Positions 1-11,000 of a DNA stretch of 64,000 nt are shown here, in pieces. Positions within the stretch are counted from its first letter, which is position 1. Each line of letters begins with the position of its first letter. A model generated the notes under the pieces. The model had not been told where the DNA came from and did no database searches. It was given only the letters and a program-made list of their open reading frames with translations. Source of the stretch: Nymphaea colorata (Eukaryota); assembly GCF_008831285.2 (NCBI RefSeq), contig NC_045138.2, forward strand, positions 3,534,001 through 3,598,000, in the 5' to 3' direction. The translations under genes were made by a program, and so were the position numbers.

Positions 1-2261
1 TCTGATAGACGTTCTACCTAACTGCTGCCTGCGCATATAAGGCAAAAAAATAATCTCAGTACAGTTTTTTAAGCTAGAGTACGCTACTGTTCCCTCGCTC
101 TCTCTGCATCACGGAATACTGAATAATGAGTGAGGAAAATTCTGTATGTATTGTTTACGGCATTATATAAATTCAAGCCACATTTCCGTCTTTCATTTAG
201 AAATGGGTGGTCCAGTTGCTTAACTTAAGCATGTAAGCTTATCCCTTTTATTTTATTACCAATCAATTCATAAACCATGAAGCCAATCAATTTTGCCTGC
301 TCTCCTGTAAAGCAAGCAGTCATCTTAGCCCTTTCGTGAATTGTTTTTCTCTATCTCTGGTGGTTGGATGGAATATCCTCTTCTGGGCGGCTTCACCTCT
401 TCCCCTCTCATGAAAAAAAACAAACAGAGAAAAATTACATGAGCTTCACCCAACTGAAACAATTAATGACAGCAGTACTGATCCGACGACATCCGTGACT
501 CAGCCCACTTCGCCTGAGAGCTTCGTTCCCAAAAGCATGACATCCCACATGTCTGTTTCTGTGCAGAGAGAGTACCATGAAGGCAAATCTTTTTTTTTTT
601 CCTCTGCTAAAGTTAGGTACCCCTTCTCTCTCAATCATGGAAACCGAAAGAAATTTACTGCAAGGAAAATGAAGGAGAAGACATTTGAGCCCTGCCCAAG
701 TTCACAGAAAGCGTTCGTCGGCTTTTTGTTTGTAAAGTCATCCATGACTGCTGCCTCTGCGAGCTGCAGAGAGTTCAGTTCAGAATTTGACAAACTACCC
801 AACTGCATATTCGGCATAAAGATACAATTCCTTCCATGATTTTACTTGTTCGTTCATCTCATGAAACGCCTTATCATGGGTAGATAATGTCAGATTGCAA
901 GTGCGTTCTGTAATTGTAGACACCGACTGCTCAGTTGATAAGTACAACTAATTAGGAAGTCAATGGCGCAGTGGGAGTACACATGGTCGAAGAAAGCTTC
1001 CGACTGAGCAATTATTGGGTACCAAATGGCTTCATTACTTCATCATTAAACCCAGTGGCACAGTTGGAAGTCATTTTCATGTTAGCATTGAAGATCCAAA
1101 TAGAATCCGTTAAGCGTCTCAGGGGAATATGCCATCAGATTTGAAAATTATGCAACAGGTGGCAGCTCAACTTCCCTGCCAAAATTACACTACAAGAAAA
1201 AGAAAAGGCACTAGTCTGAGTAGTAGAAAGACGCCCGATGGTTCCCTGCCCATCATGATAAATGAGAATAAGCAGCGGAAGATTCCCACTGCACACAGAA
1301 ATACCTCTAAATGACAGCGAAATGATGCGCAGAGTCTGACGATTGATGAATATTTTTAGAAGCTCCCCTGGGAAACGGGCAGGCAAAGTATATCCGATAT
1401 AAATCATTCACTTGAATGTCAAGAAAAAGCAAACTAGTTGATAATATGGTATCTATCTGAACATTAAAGGGATGATGCAAACCGGGGGCGTGACAGCTTG
1501 TCAGATTAAGGAGTTGTTGGGAGTCGCTTTAAATCGAGGATTTCTTGTTCCCCATCTAATGATGAAGACTGCCTTTAAACCCTGGACTGACGCACTTTCA
1601 TTATTTGACACCTCTGTCTCTCTTTATCCGTTCTGATGATCCCATAGAATTCTTGGGCCGTACCCTTGGATTAACATTGCATACATCAAAACTTAGTTAA
1701 CAAAAGAAATAATTGTTTCCGGTAACTAAAAAGTGAAAAATGGAGGCTCATCACTTGCTGCAAAAAACATCTGTAAACAATGTTGAAAGCGTGAGACAAT
1801 TTGCATAAGCAGAAGAATGCAAGTTTGCCGTAACAACTGCATGTTATGCAGGCACGGTATGAAGAACAGCTTATCGAAAGTAAATGATAACAGCGAAACA
1901 GTAAAGTGCTTTCACTACCAAGTCCCCTTCCTGACAATGTTCACCACTTTCTACTTCAACCCAGCAGAGGCACTTCATCACGTACAAGCCTCCTCCTGTC
2001 AGGAAGTCCAATAAATTTGTAATTAGCCTTCAAAAACCACTCATTATAGCGCTTACGCTGAATGCAGGATCTAGAAAATATGCCCAAAAAATTTTTCATT
2101 ATGACCATCAAATTCCACAAGTGAGTACCCAGTTTGAGCTAGAAACTGGACGGAGCTGGATACTCATTTGGACGCGCAAACTTTGGTTTAGGGTGCGTTT
2201 TCCGGCCAACCACTTTGCTGATTGGGGTTCCTTCACTCAAACGACACATTGACCCCAACCT

Positions 2262-2642
2262 TGTTGCTCTAACTCCTGAAGTGGAGGAGCTCGTGAGAAC
2301 GTGTGGAGCTCGTGGGAAAAGCATGAGTTTTTCAGTTTTTTTTTATCGTCTATAAATGTTAGCTTTTTTTACTAAAGTTGAGAAGTTAATGCCAAAAGAG
2401 GAGAAGAAAGTTTCCATCTTTCTCTCCCTCCCTCTCTCGCTCTTTACTCTCTCTCTCCTGCCGTCCTTGACTCTCTCTCTCACGCTGCCCTAGACGCAGC
2501 TTGCTTCTCTCTCTGCCAGTGTATAGCTGCTCCCTCTCTTGCCCTTTCCCTCGTTGGTGTGTTGCACCCTACGGTCCCCTCTCTTCATTTTGTCATTACC
2601 AAAAGAGAGGGATTGAGTGTGAATCGCGGGAGAACGCCAACA
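2262..2642 (+). repeat. 5' LTR of young Copia (381 bp, TG...CA)
   Basis: Matches 6934-7462 except for 3 substitutions (2518, 2524, 2567), a 159-bp gap and the last 11 bp. It ends ...GCCAACA two bases before the PBS and contains a TATA-like CTATAAAT near 2350. Confidence 0.95.
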
Positions 2643-2644
2643 TT

Positions 2645-2662
2645 TGGTATCAGAGCCAGGTT
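2645..2662 (+). promoter_or_regulatory. Primer-binding site, tRNA-iMet
   Basis: TGGTATCAGAGCCAGGTT, complementary to the 3' end of plant initiator Met tRNA, directly after the LTR. Confidence 0.95.
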
Positions 2663-2664
2663 GT

Positions 2665-5600
2665 ATGCCAAAGCTCCCTCGATTCAAGCCGATGTCGATC
2701 ATCACAAACGAGGCAGCGCGGGAGATTGCCAGCGGTACTTTCCAATATCCGCTGCTCACGGCAACCAACTATACCAGTTGGGTGATTAGGGTCCAGGCCA
2801 TGATGGAAGATCAAGGCGTCTGGGAGGCAGTCGAGCCGACGGCAGGTGTGGCTGTCGACACGAGGAAGGACAAGAAGGCGAGGTCGCATTTTCTCCAAGC
2901 CCTCCCAGAGGATCTCCTAATGCAAGTGGCGAAGAAGGCGACGGCAAAGGAGGTCTGGGATTGCCTCAAGACGAGATTTGTCGGGGCAGATCGCGTGAGG
3001 AATGCACGTCTGCAGACGTTGAAGAGTGACTTTGACGCCATGAGGATGCAAGAAGGAGAGTCGTTGGATCAATATGCGGGTAGGCTCACCGGAATGTCCG
3101 TCAGGTATGCCAACTTAGGGGGCACCCTAAGCGATGTCGCCTTAGTCAAGAAGCTATTTGACACCGTTCCAAATAGGTTTCTTAGCGTAATCGCGGGCAT
3201 AGAGCAATTTTGCGACCTCGACACAATGTTGTTTGAAGAGGCTGTGGGACGACTCAAGACGTACGAAGAACGCTCTCGTCCCCGAGCATTCGGTACCGGC
3301 GGCAATGGCGATGCGCAACTGCTTCTCACTCAGGCTGAGTGGGATGCACGGCAGAAGAGAAGCGGCAGCGACCCGTCGTCGACCCGAAGGGAGACGGGTC
3401 ACAGGGAAGGAGGTGCTCGCAACCGGGGTGGTCGCGGGCGCGGTAGAGGGCGCGGGAGAGGCGGACGAGGCGACTTCCCGCTGAAAGACAGAGCAGGTGG
3501 CTCTGGAGGCGATGGTCGTGACAAGAGTCACATCCGTTGCTTCAATTGCAACGAATTGGGGCATTATGCGAACCGGTGCAAGGCTCCCAAAAAGAAGGAA
3601 GAGGCGCATCTCACACAAACTGACGACACCGAACCAACTCTGTTGCTTGCAGAGTTGGAAGAAGCAGTGCCCGCTGCACCTGAGAGACAAGAAGCCGTCC
3701 TGCTGAATGAAGAGCAAGTATGGCCCGAACTGCACGGGACCGAGCACGGTAAGGAAACTACCGACACCTGGTACCTGGATAACGGTGCCAGCAACCACAT
3801 GACCGGAGACAAGGTCAAGTTTCGGGAGTTGAACGAGGCAATCACCGGCAAGGTGAAGTTCGGCGATGGCTCATCGGTGCAGATCATGGGTAAGGGTTCA
3901 ATTCTTTTTAAATGCAAAAATGATGATCAATGGCTGCTCCAGGAAGTATACTATATTCCAAGGCCTTGCAGCAACATCGCGAGTCTCGGGCAACTCACTG
4001 AGGTGGGCCACAAGGTGGTTATGGATGAAGACAAACTAGAGGTATTTGTCAAAAATCCAGGGCAGTTGATCATGAAGGTGAGACGCACGCCAAATCGTCT
4101 CTATCGCATCGAGCTGCAGATTGCAAGGCCAGTGTGTCTCTTGGCAAACCTCGAAGATCCGGCATGGTTGTGGCATGCTCGTCTCGGCCACGTCAACTTT
4201 CAAGCATTGAAGATGCTTGTAAACAAGAAGATGGCAACCGGGGTACCGCCTATCTCTCATCCCGCTCAGTTATGCCGGGAGTGTTTGGTGGCGAAGCAGA
4301 CGAGACAGTCGTTCCCGTCGGCAGCCATCTATCGAGCGAAGGAGCCACTCGAACTCTTGCACGCTGATCTTTGCGGCCCGATCACGCCACCCACCCCTGC
4401 CGGTAATAGCTATTTCTTAGTAATAGTTGATGACTTCACTCGTTGGATGTGGTTGTGCGTGATCAGAACAAAAGACCAGACATGCTCAGCGTTTATGAAG
4501 GTCAAGGCGTTGGCCGAGAACGCGTGCGGGCATCACGTCAAGACGCTCCGGACCGATCGTGGAGGCGAGTTCCTCTCTCTTGAGTTCGCCAATGTGTGTG
4601 AACAGGCGGGCATTGCGCGACACCTCACTGCGCCATACTCACCACAACAAAACGGTGTGGTGGAGAGGAGGAACAGGACAGTGATGGCGATGGCAAGATC
4701 TCTTCTCAAGAGCATGAGCATGCCGGGAAGATTTTGGGGAGAGGCGGTACGACACGCAGTCTACCTGTTGAACCGCTTGCCTACGAAGACCATGGGCGAG
4801 CGCACCCCGTATGAAGCTTGGAGTCATAGGAAGCTGGATCTTGCACATCTTCGATTGTTCGGCTGCACGGCGCATGCCATGGTGACAACACCACACCTCA
4901 AGAAGCTTGATGATCGCAGCCAGCCAATGGTGTATCTCGGCGTCGAGGATGGCTGCAAGGCACACCGATTATTCGATCCGCGGCGCGGGAGAATCCATGT
5001 AAGTCGTGATGTTAAATTTGAAGAAAAATTAAAGTGGAATTGGAACATGGATGCAGGAGGCAGTGATTCGTCGAATTTCACTGTTGAGGATGAATCAACA
5101 GTGGACAACTCAGTTGCAAGCGGACAAGCAGGAAGGTCGCTATCCATGGATCTAGGCTACCCTACTTCTTCATCGACATCGATGGGTGGCGAAGCAACGC
5201 CGGTGGTGACGTCGGCTCGGAGATTGCTGGTGGATGAAACTGCCGCAACCTCGGAGATGGAGGACAGTAATGACGGACCCGTTCGGTATAGACATATCGA
5301 TGATATCATGCGAGACGCTCGGCATGTCGAGCTCGATGATGAAGACGTCGAAGAAGAGGCCATGCTTGCGGCAATAGAGGAGCCATCGTGTTATCAAGAG
5401 GCAATGGGCCAACCGGCATGGGTGGATGCGATGGCCAAGGAAATTGAGTCCATTGAAAAAAATTCGACCTGGACGCTGACAACCCTACCAGTTGGAACCA
5501 AAGCAATTGGACTCAAATGGGTGTTCAAATTAAAGAAAAACTCAGACGGAGAGGTGATCAAGCACAAGGCCAGACTAGTCGCAAAAGGCTATGTTCAACG

Positions 5601-6924
5601 GCAAGGGATCGACTTCGATGAGGTGTTTGCACCAGTCGCCAGGCTCGACACCGTGCGAGTCATCCTTGCCGTCGCAGCCAACCGTGGGTGGCAAGTCCAT
5701 CACCTCGACGTCAAATCAGCATTCCTCAATGGCGAACTTGAGGAGGAGGTTTATGTAACTCAGCCAGAAGGTTTCACGGTGAAGAACAATGAGCATATGG
5801 TGCTCAAACTAAGCAAGGCATTGTACGGCCTCCGACAAGCACCTCGTGCTTGGAACACGCGGCTGGATCGAAGCCTGAAGCACCTTGGGTTCTCAAAGTG
5901 CGCGCTTGAACAAGCCATGTATACGAGGGGAAAAGACCGTACCGGTATCATCGTCGGAGTTTATGTTGATGATCTAATTGTAACAGGGGAGGATTCGGAG
6001 GCAATCGCATCATTCAAGCAGCAGATGATGGCTGAGTTCGAGATGAGCGACCTCGGCCTGCTCACCTATTACCTTGGGATTGAGGTGAAACAAGGTGAAG
6101 ACGGTATCTGGATCAAACAAGCAGCCTATGCCAAAAAGGTACTAATTCAATTTGGCATGTTTGATTGCAATCCTACTAAAATCCCTATGGAACCAAGGTC
6201 ACAGTTGAACAAGGATCCCGAAGGACAACCGGTGGATGCAACTGAGTACCGACGAGTCATCGGATGTCTAAGGTATCTTCTCCACACAAGACCAGATCTT
6301 TCGTATGCTGTCGGTGTAGCTAGTAGATTCATGGAGAGACCGACAGTGATGCACCACAAAGCAATGAAGCAGATTTTACGTTATTTGAAAAGCACAATCA
6401 ACTTCGGTCTTGTATACACCAGAGGAAAAGGAGAAGAAGTGATTGTCGGGTTCACGGATAGTGACCTGGCGGGCGACGTCGATGATCGGAAAAGCACCGG
6501 AGGCATGGCGTTCTATGTAAATGAAAGCCTAGTCTCATGGAACTCGCAAAAGCAGAAGACCGTTGCTCTGTCTTCATGCGAGGCTGAGTTCATGGCAGCA
6601 ACTGCGGCGGCATGTCAAGCACTTTGGCTTAGAGGACTCTTGGCCGAACTGATTGGGAGAGAGCCGCAAGTGGTGAAGTTGTATGTGGACAACAAGTCCG
6701 CAATCGCACTGATGAAAAACCCAGTTTTTCATGGACGTAGTAAACACATTGATACAAAGTTCCATTTCATTCGAGAATGTGTCGAAAGAGGACATATTAT
6801 TGTGGATTTTGTACGCACAGATGAACAACGAGCGAATCTTATGACAAAGGCATTATCAGCGGCAAAGTTGGCAACAATGCGACACATACTTGGTGTTCGA
6901 GAGCTCGGGCCACATCAGGATTAG
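2665..6924 (+). CDS. Copia gag-pol polyprotein, 1419 aa from first ATG
   Basis: Uninterrupted ORF. Motifs: YPLLTATNYTSW (gag N-terminus), zinc knuckle CFNCNELGHYANRC, protease WYLDNGASNHM, WLWHARLGH, integrase DLCGP / LRTDRGGEF / NGVVERRNRT, RT GVYVDDLIV, RNase H TDSDLAGD / EAEF / VDNKSA. The ORF-track start at 2644 is a TTG overlapping the PBS; the first ATG is at 2665. Confidence 0.97.
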   Translation: MPKLPRFKPMSIITNEAAREIASGTFQYPLLTATNYTSWVIRVQAMMEDQGVWEAVEPTAGVAVDTRKDKKARSHFLQALPEDLLMQVAKKATAKEVWDCLKTRFVGADRVRNARLQTLKSDFDAMRMQEGESLDQYAGRLTGMSVRYANLGGTLSDVALVKKLFDTVPNRFLSVIAGIEQFCDLDTMLFEEAVGRLKTYEERSRPRAFGTGGNGDAQLLLTQAEWDARQKRSGSDPSSTRRETGHREGGARNRGGRGRGRGRGRGGRGDFPLKDRAGGSGGDGRDKSHIRCFNCNELGHYANRCKAPKKKEEAHLTQTDDTEPTLLLAELEEAVPAAPERQEAVLLNEEQVWPELHGTEHGKETTDTWYLDNGASNHMTGDKVKFRELNEAITGKVKFGDGSSVQIMGKGSILFKCKNDDQWLLQEVYYIPRPCSNIASLGQLTEVGHKVVMDEDKLEVFVKNPGQLIMKVRRTPNRLYRIELQIARPVCLLANLEDPAWLWHARLGHVNFQALKMLVNKKMATGVPPISHPAQLCRECLVAKQTRQSFPSAAIYRAKEPLELLHADLCGPITPPTPAGNSYFLVIVDDFTRWMWLCVIRTKDQTCSAFMKVKALAENACGHHVKTLRTDRGGEFLSLEFANVCEQAGIARHLTAPYSPQQNGVVERRNRTVMAMARSLLKSMSMPGRFWGEAVRHAVYLLNRLPTKTMGERTPYEAWSHRKLDLAHLRLFGCTAHAMVTTPHLKKLDDRSQPMVYLGVEDGCKAHRLFDPRRGRIHVSRDVKFEEKLKWNWNMDAGGSDSSNFTVEDESTVDNSVASGQAGRSLSMDLGYPTSSSTSMGGEATPVVTSARRLLVDETAATSEMEDSNDGPVRYRHIDDIMRDARHVELDDEDVEEEAMLAAIEEPSCYQEAMGQPAWVDAMAKEIESIEKNSTWTLTTLPVGTKAIGLKWVFKLKKNSDGEVIKHKARLVAKGYVQRQGIDFDEVFAPVARLDTVRVILAVAANRGWQVHHLDVKSAFLNGELEEEVYVTQPEGFTVKNNEHMVLKLSKALYGLRQAPRAWNTRLDRSLKHLGFSKCALEQAMYTRGKDRTGIIVGVYVDDLIVTGEDSEAIASFKQQMMAEFEMSDLGLLTYYLGIEVKQGEDGIWIKQAAYAKKVLIQFGMFDCNPTKIPMEPRSQLNKDPEGQPVDATEYRRVIGCLRYLLHTRPDLSYAVGVASRFMERPTVMHHKAMKQILRYLKSTINFGLVYTRGKGEEVIVGFTDSDLAGDVDDRKSTGGMAFYVNESLVSWNSQKQKTVALSSCEAEFMAATAAACQALWLRGLLAELIGREPQVVKLYVDNKSAIALMKNPVFHGRSKHIDTKFHFIRECVERGHIIVDFVRTDEQRANLMTKALSAAKLATMRHILGVRELGPHQD

Positions 6925-6933
6925 GGGGGAGAT

Positions 6934-7462
6934 TGTTGCTCTAACTCCTGAAGTGGAGGAGCTCGTGAGAACGTGTGGAGCTCGTGGGAAAAGCATGAGT
7001 GCGTGAAGGAGTGAAAAGTGGAAACAAGAGAAAGTGTGTGCGGTTTCAAATCATGGGCAGTTAAATAAGGAGTGGAGAAAATGGTGGAAGCTGAAAAAGT
7101 TGAAGCGGAGGGATCGTGAGAAAGCACGATCTACGAGTTGCTAAACTTACTCGTTAAGTTTTTCAGTTTTTTTTTATCGTCTATAAATGTTAGCTTTTTT
7201 TACTAAAGTTGAGAAGTTAATGCCAAAAGAGGAGAAGAAAGTTTCCATCTTTCTCTCCCTCCCTCTCTCGCTCTTTACTCTCTCTCTCCTGCCGTCCTTG
7301 ACTCTCTCTCTCACGCTGCCCTAGACGCAGCTTGCTTCTCTCTCTGCCCGTGTACAGCTGCTCCCTCTCTTGCCCTTTCCCTCGTTGGTGTGTTGCAGCC
7401 TACGGTCCCCTCTCTTCATTTTGTCATTACCAAAAGAGAGGGATTGAGTGTGAATCGCGGGA
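6934..7462 (+). repeat. 3' LTR of young Copia (529 bp, terminal 11 bp missing)
   Basis: Follows the PPT AGGGGGGAGA. Carries 159 bp (7001-7159) absent from the 5' LTR. Identity with the 5' LTR stops after GAATCGCGGGA. Confidence 0.93.
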
Positions 7463-8094
7463 CCTCCCGATCACCATTCTTGTAAGCACGCTTACCTTTG
7501 CTACTGTGAGGTACAGATCTGACCCACCCAGTCATTTTCAGAAGTAAGACTACCCATTCAGTTTCAGGCTAGTTACCCAAGTGGGCAACTCCCATTTCTC
7601 AAGGCAGAACAATTTCTAGCTTTTTGGCAAGAAGGAAATGGTCCGCTTAGTCCCTTTTAACAGCAAGCACCGACTGGCCATTCCTGGTCGGACTTTGCAA
7701 CAATTTTTTCTTATACCATACGAAGCTACAAAACATCAGCTCCTACCATACTTTGGCAGCAATCCCTGGAATCAGGACGAATTTCGAGGTTTAAAACCAA
7801 CATTTATCCCATGGCATATATGACTCTGCCGTTGCATTCGACTTGTGAATGGCAGGAAAGGGGCTGCATATGGATTATGATCTGTGGCCTAGTAATTGGA
7901 AAAGATTATGAAAATGGGGAAATACACATTGCATTATTCCAGATGCGTTAGGGATACCTGTCTAAGACACCCAATCTACGACAGGGCGTCATATCTCAAG
8001 ACGTCCATCACACCCGTGACAGGTCTCCCCAATTGCTTTGGGCCTCATTTCTTATGACTTTAGTGATAATGAAATGTTTTGAGATGCTTCTTTC

Positions 8095-11000
8095 TGTCAA
8101 GGAAATCCCTCAAGTCAAGGAGAAGAGATAATGATTAAAATATAACACGTGGTTATGAATATTTGGTTGTGAACAAATTTACAGTTAAGAAACGAAAAAA
8201 CTTTTGAATCTCGTACTGATATCCTTTAATGTTGTTACTATAGTTATCTCATTGTGAGCTATATGTAGAGTAGTAAACCATCATGAAACACATCTTCTTG
8301 AGAAGAATAAAAGATTACTGAGTTATTTTTTATGGTATCAGAGCCCTCTTCTTTTAGGGGACTAATGGCATTGTCTTTCTCCTATGTTCCTGCTACTCAA
8401 TAAAATGCTATCAGCGCTTTAGTGTTTGTTAAGCTCAATGGAGATAACTATCTTCATTGAAGAAGTCATTGGAATCAGTGATGAAATATCATGATCTTCT
8501 TGAGTATGTAGATGGAACTATCTCGGCTCCATCAAAAAATATCTCCACCAATGAAAAACTAATCCAATCCAGAGTATAAGCAATGGTGCTCTTAGCTGGA
8601 TAAAAGCTATAGTGAATGACTCTGTTCTTGGTCAAATTGTTTGAGTGTCATCAACAAGAGAAGCCTGGACAACTTTCGAAAAAAACATATGGCTCCCAGT
8701 CTCCACTGTGAGCCATATTTCTCATAAAAGAAGTGCATTTTATAACAAAGGGATCTATGAGTATGACGACTTGTCTAGAGAAAATCTACTTTTTGCAAAC
8801 ACATTGTCTACTGCATGTCAACAAACAATGGGTAGTGATCTTATACAAATCACTATGAATGGCCTTCCAGCAAAATATGAAAGCTTCTTAACTCTTCTTA
8901 CTAGTAGAACCCACCCTTCAACAATCACCTTTGTAGAACCGGTTGATCTTCTTCTTAATCAAGAAAAAAGACTTGATTTGTTGGTGAACCAGACTGCATT
9001 CAATGTCTTTCACAACTATGTCACCATGGTACGGCAACCCTGGTGACGCACCCTATTGATTTCAGTTTTTTTTAAGTTTTTTTTATCAAATTTGATATTA
9101 TTAGTATATTATAATAATAAATTAAGAATAATAATAAATACCCTCGCCACACCGTAATTTTTTGAGATGTATCGCACCTGCACCCGCACCCGCACCCCGC
9201 ATTCTGGTGACATAGTTTCACAATCGAGGAAGAGGACATATATTTTACCACAGTTATGGTGGCAGTCGTGGAGGAGGTCGGTTCCAAGGACAAGAGCGAG
9301 GACAACAAGCTGTCAGGGTAACACCAACAGTCAATCCCAACACAACTATGATTCTAACAGAAAAGGCTATTAGAAAAATCATATTATATGTCAATATTGT
9401 GATAGAAAGGGACATTTTGCTAGATCATGCTATGATATCAATATGGCATTCTCTGCTATAAACATTCAAGAAACTACAGAAGAATATAGGTATCCCAACA
9501 ATGGTGCTACAAATCACACTATAGCCAATGATGACATGATGAAACAAAACAACACATGCTGAAACGAGTGGCATTATGATCGGTCATGACTCTCATTTGT
9601 CTGCTTGTCATAAATGAGACTTGTCTGTTAATATGGATGGAAATTCTTTTCTGCAAAATTATTCACTACATGTTCCTAGAATCGCTCGTAATTTATTGTC
9701 TATGGGAAAGTTTACATTTAATAATAACTGCCTTACCCCATGAATTTATTATAAAGGATTTATAGACAAGGAAGGTACTACTTCAGGAACCAAAGAAGCC
9801 TTATGGATGATATATGATCTCTACATCAAGAGAAGACACAAGTAGAGGAGCAACAATGTTTAGTAGTTGGTTCTCATTAGGTTCTAATTCTGCAATTTTT
9901 TTTTTTTGTGACATAGGCAATTAGGCCATGCAAATAAGACTACTATTAACTTTCTAAATTCACATAGTTTTATTTCAATAAAATGTTGCAAAGGTTCTAG
10001 ATTGTGTGAATCGTGCCTCATTGAAAAATCTCACAAACAACCTTTCCCTACTTCTGAATCTCATGCTACTCGTCCATTACAAATCTTGCGTATGAACGTT
10101 TGGGGACCAGATTCAGATATTTTATGCTCATTGTGGATAACTTTACTCGTTTCTCCTATATTTTTTCATTAAAGTCTAAATATTAGGTTGTTGAATGCTT
10201 CAAAATTTTCATACTACTTGTGGAGAAGCAACTAGGATATTACATATCCATTATCCAGTCAAATAACTGAGGATAGTTTTGTAATAATGAGTTGCGACAG
10301 TTCTATGAGACGAATGTAATCTCACATCACTTTTCATGTCAATATACCCTTGAGCAGAATGGAATAGTCGAGCGCAAGAACAAACATGTTGTAGAAATTG
10401 CTCTCAATATGATGCATGATGCAAGACTAAAATATTCTTTCTGGGTTGATGCCTGTAGAGCAGCCATATATATTATTAATCAGCTTCTGATTATTAAGTT
10501 AGATCAACAATCTCCTTTTCATAAATTGTATTGACAGCCACCAGACTATGGTCATTTTCTAATTTTTGGATAAAAAATGCTATCCTCTTCTTACTCCCAC
10601 CAATTTCTTGAAATTTCAACCCAGGACTATTAAATGCATCATCATCGGATATGCGAGCACACAAAAAAGATATCTCTACTTTGATGAAAGTCGACAAAGA
10701 ATTATTGTGACCCATCATGTAACATTTGATGAGACACCCTTTGAAGATCCTCCTTCTCATAAGGTCTCGCTATTCAAAGATGATACAGAAAAGGAACTTC
10801 AACTCTGGTATCAAGCAGCAAAATGTATTGACATTTATAAACATGATGATCATAATTGACCACCTGTGTCCTCAAGGTATTGTTCTACCTAATGTTAACA
10901 TTACTTTTCCAGTTTTACGAGATCAAGACCTCAACGTCATTGCTCCAACCACCCAACCAACTTTATTATCTTTTGATACAGGATCAAAATCTCCAGTTGG

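Larger units (their letters stand above)
2262..7462 (+). mobile_element. Young full-length Ty1/Copia LTR retrotransposon (probably Ivana/Oryco-like lineage)
   Basis: Two near-identical LTRs (2262-2642 and 6934-7462) both begin TGTTGCTCT. PBS at 2645, polypurine tract at 6923-6932, and a single gag-pol ORF in Copia domain order (gag-PR-IN-RT-RH). Left flank is AACCT (2257-2261); ACCT remains at 7462-7465 as a TSD remnant. Lineage is inferred from the style of the gag motifs. Confidence 0.97.

Noticed and set aside
435..2260. Short ORFs (60-114 aa) at the left end as genes
   Set aside because: No recognisable domain, stops in all frames and no consistent exon chain. At most part of an unidentifiable decayed sequence.
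2650..6830. Antisense and alternate-frame ORFs within the Copia polyprotein (e.g. 3154-3798, 214 aa)
   Set aside because: Shadow ORFs expected in GC-rich coding DNA, with no motifs.
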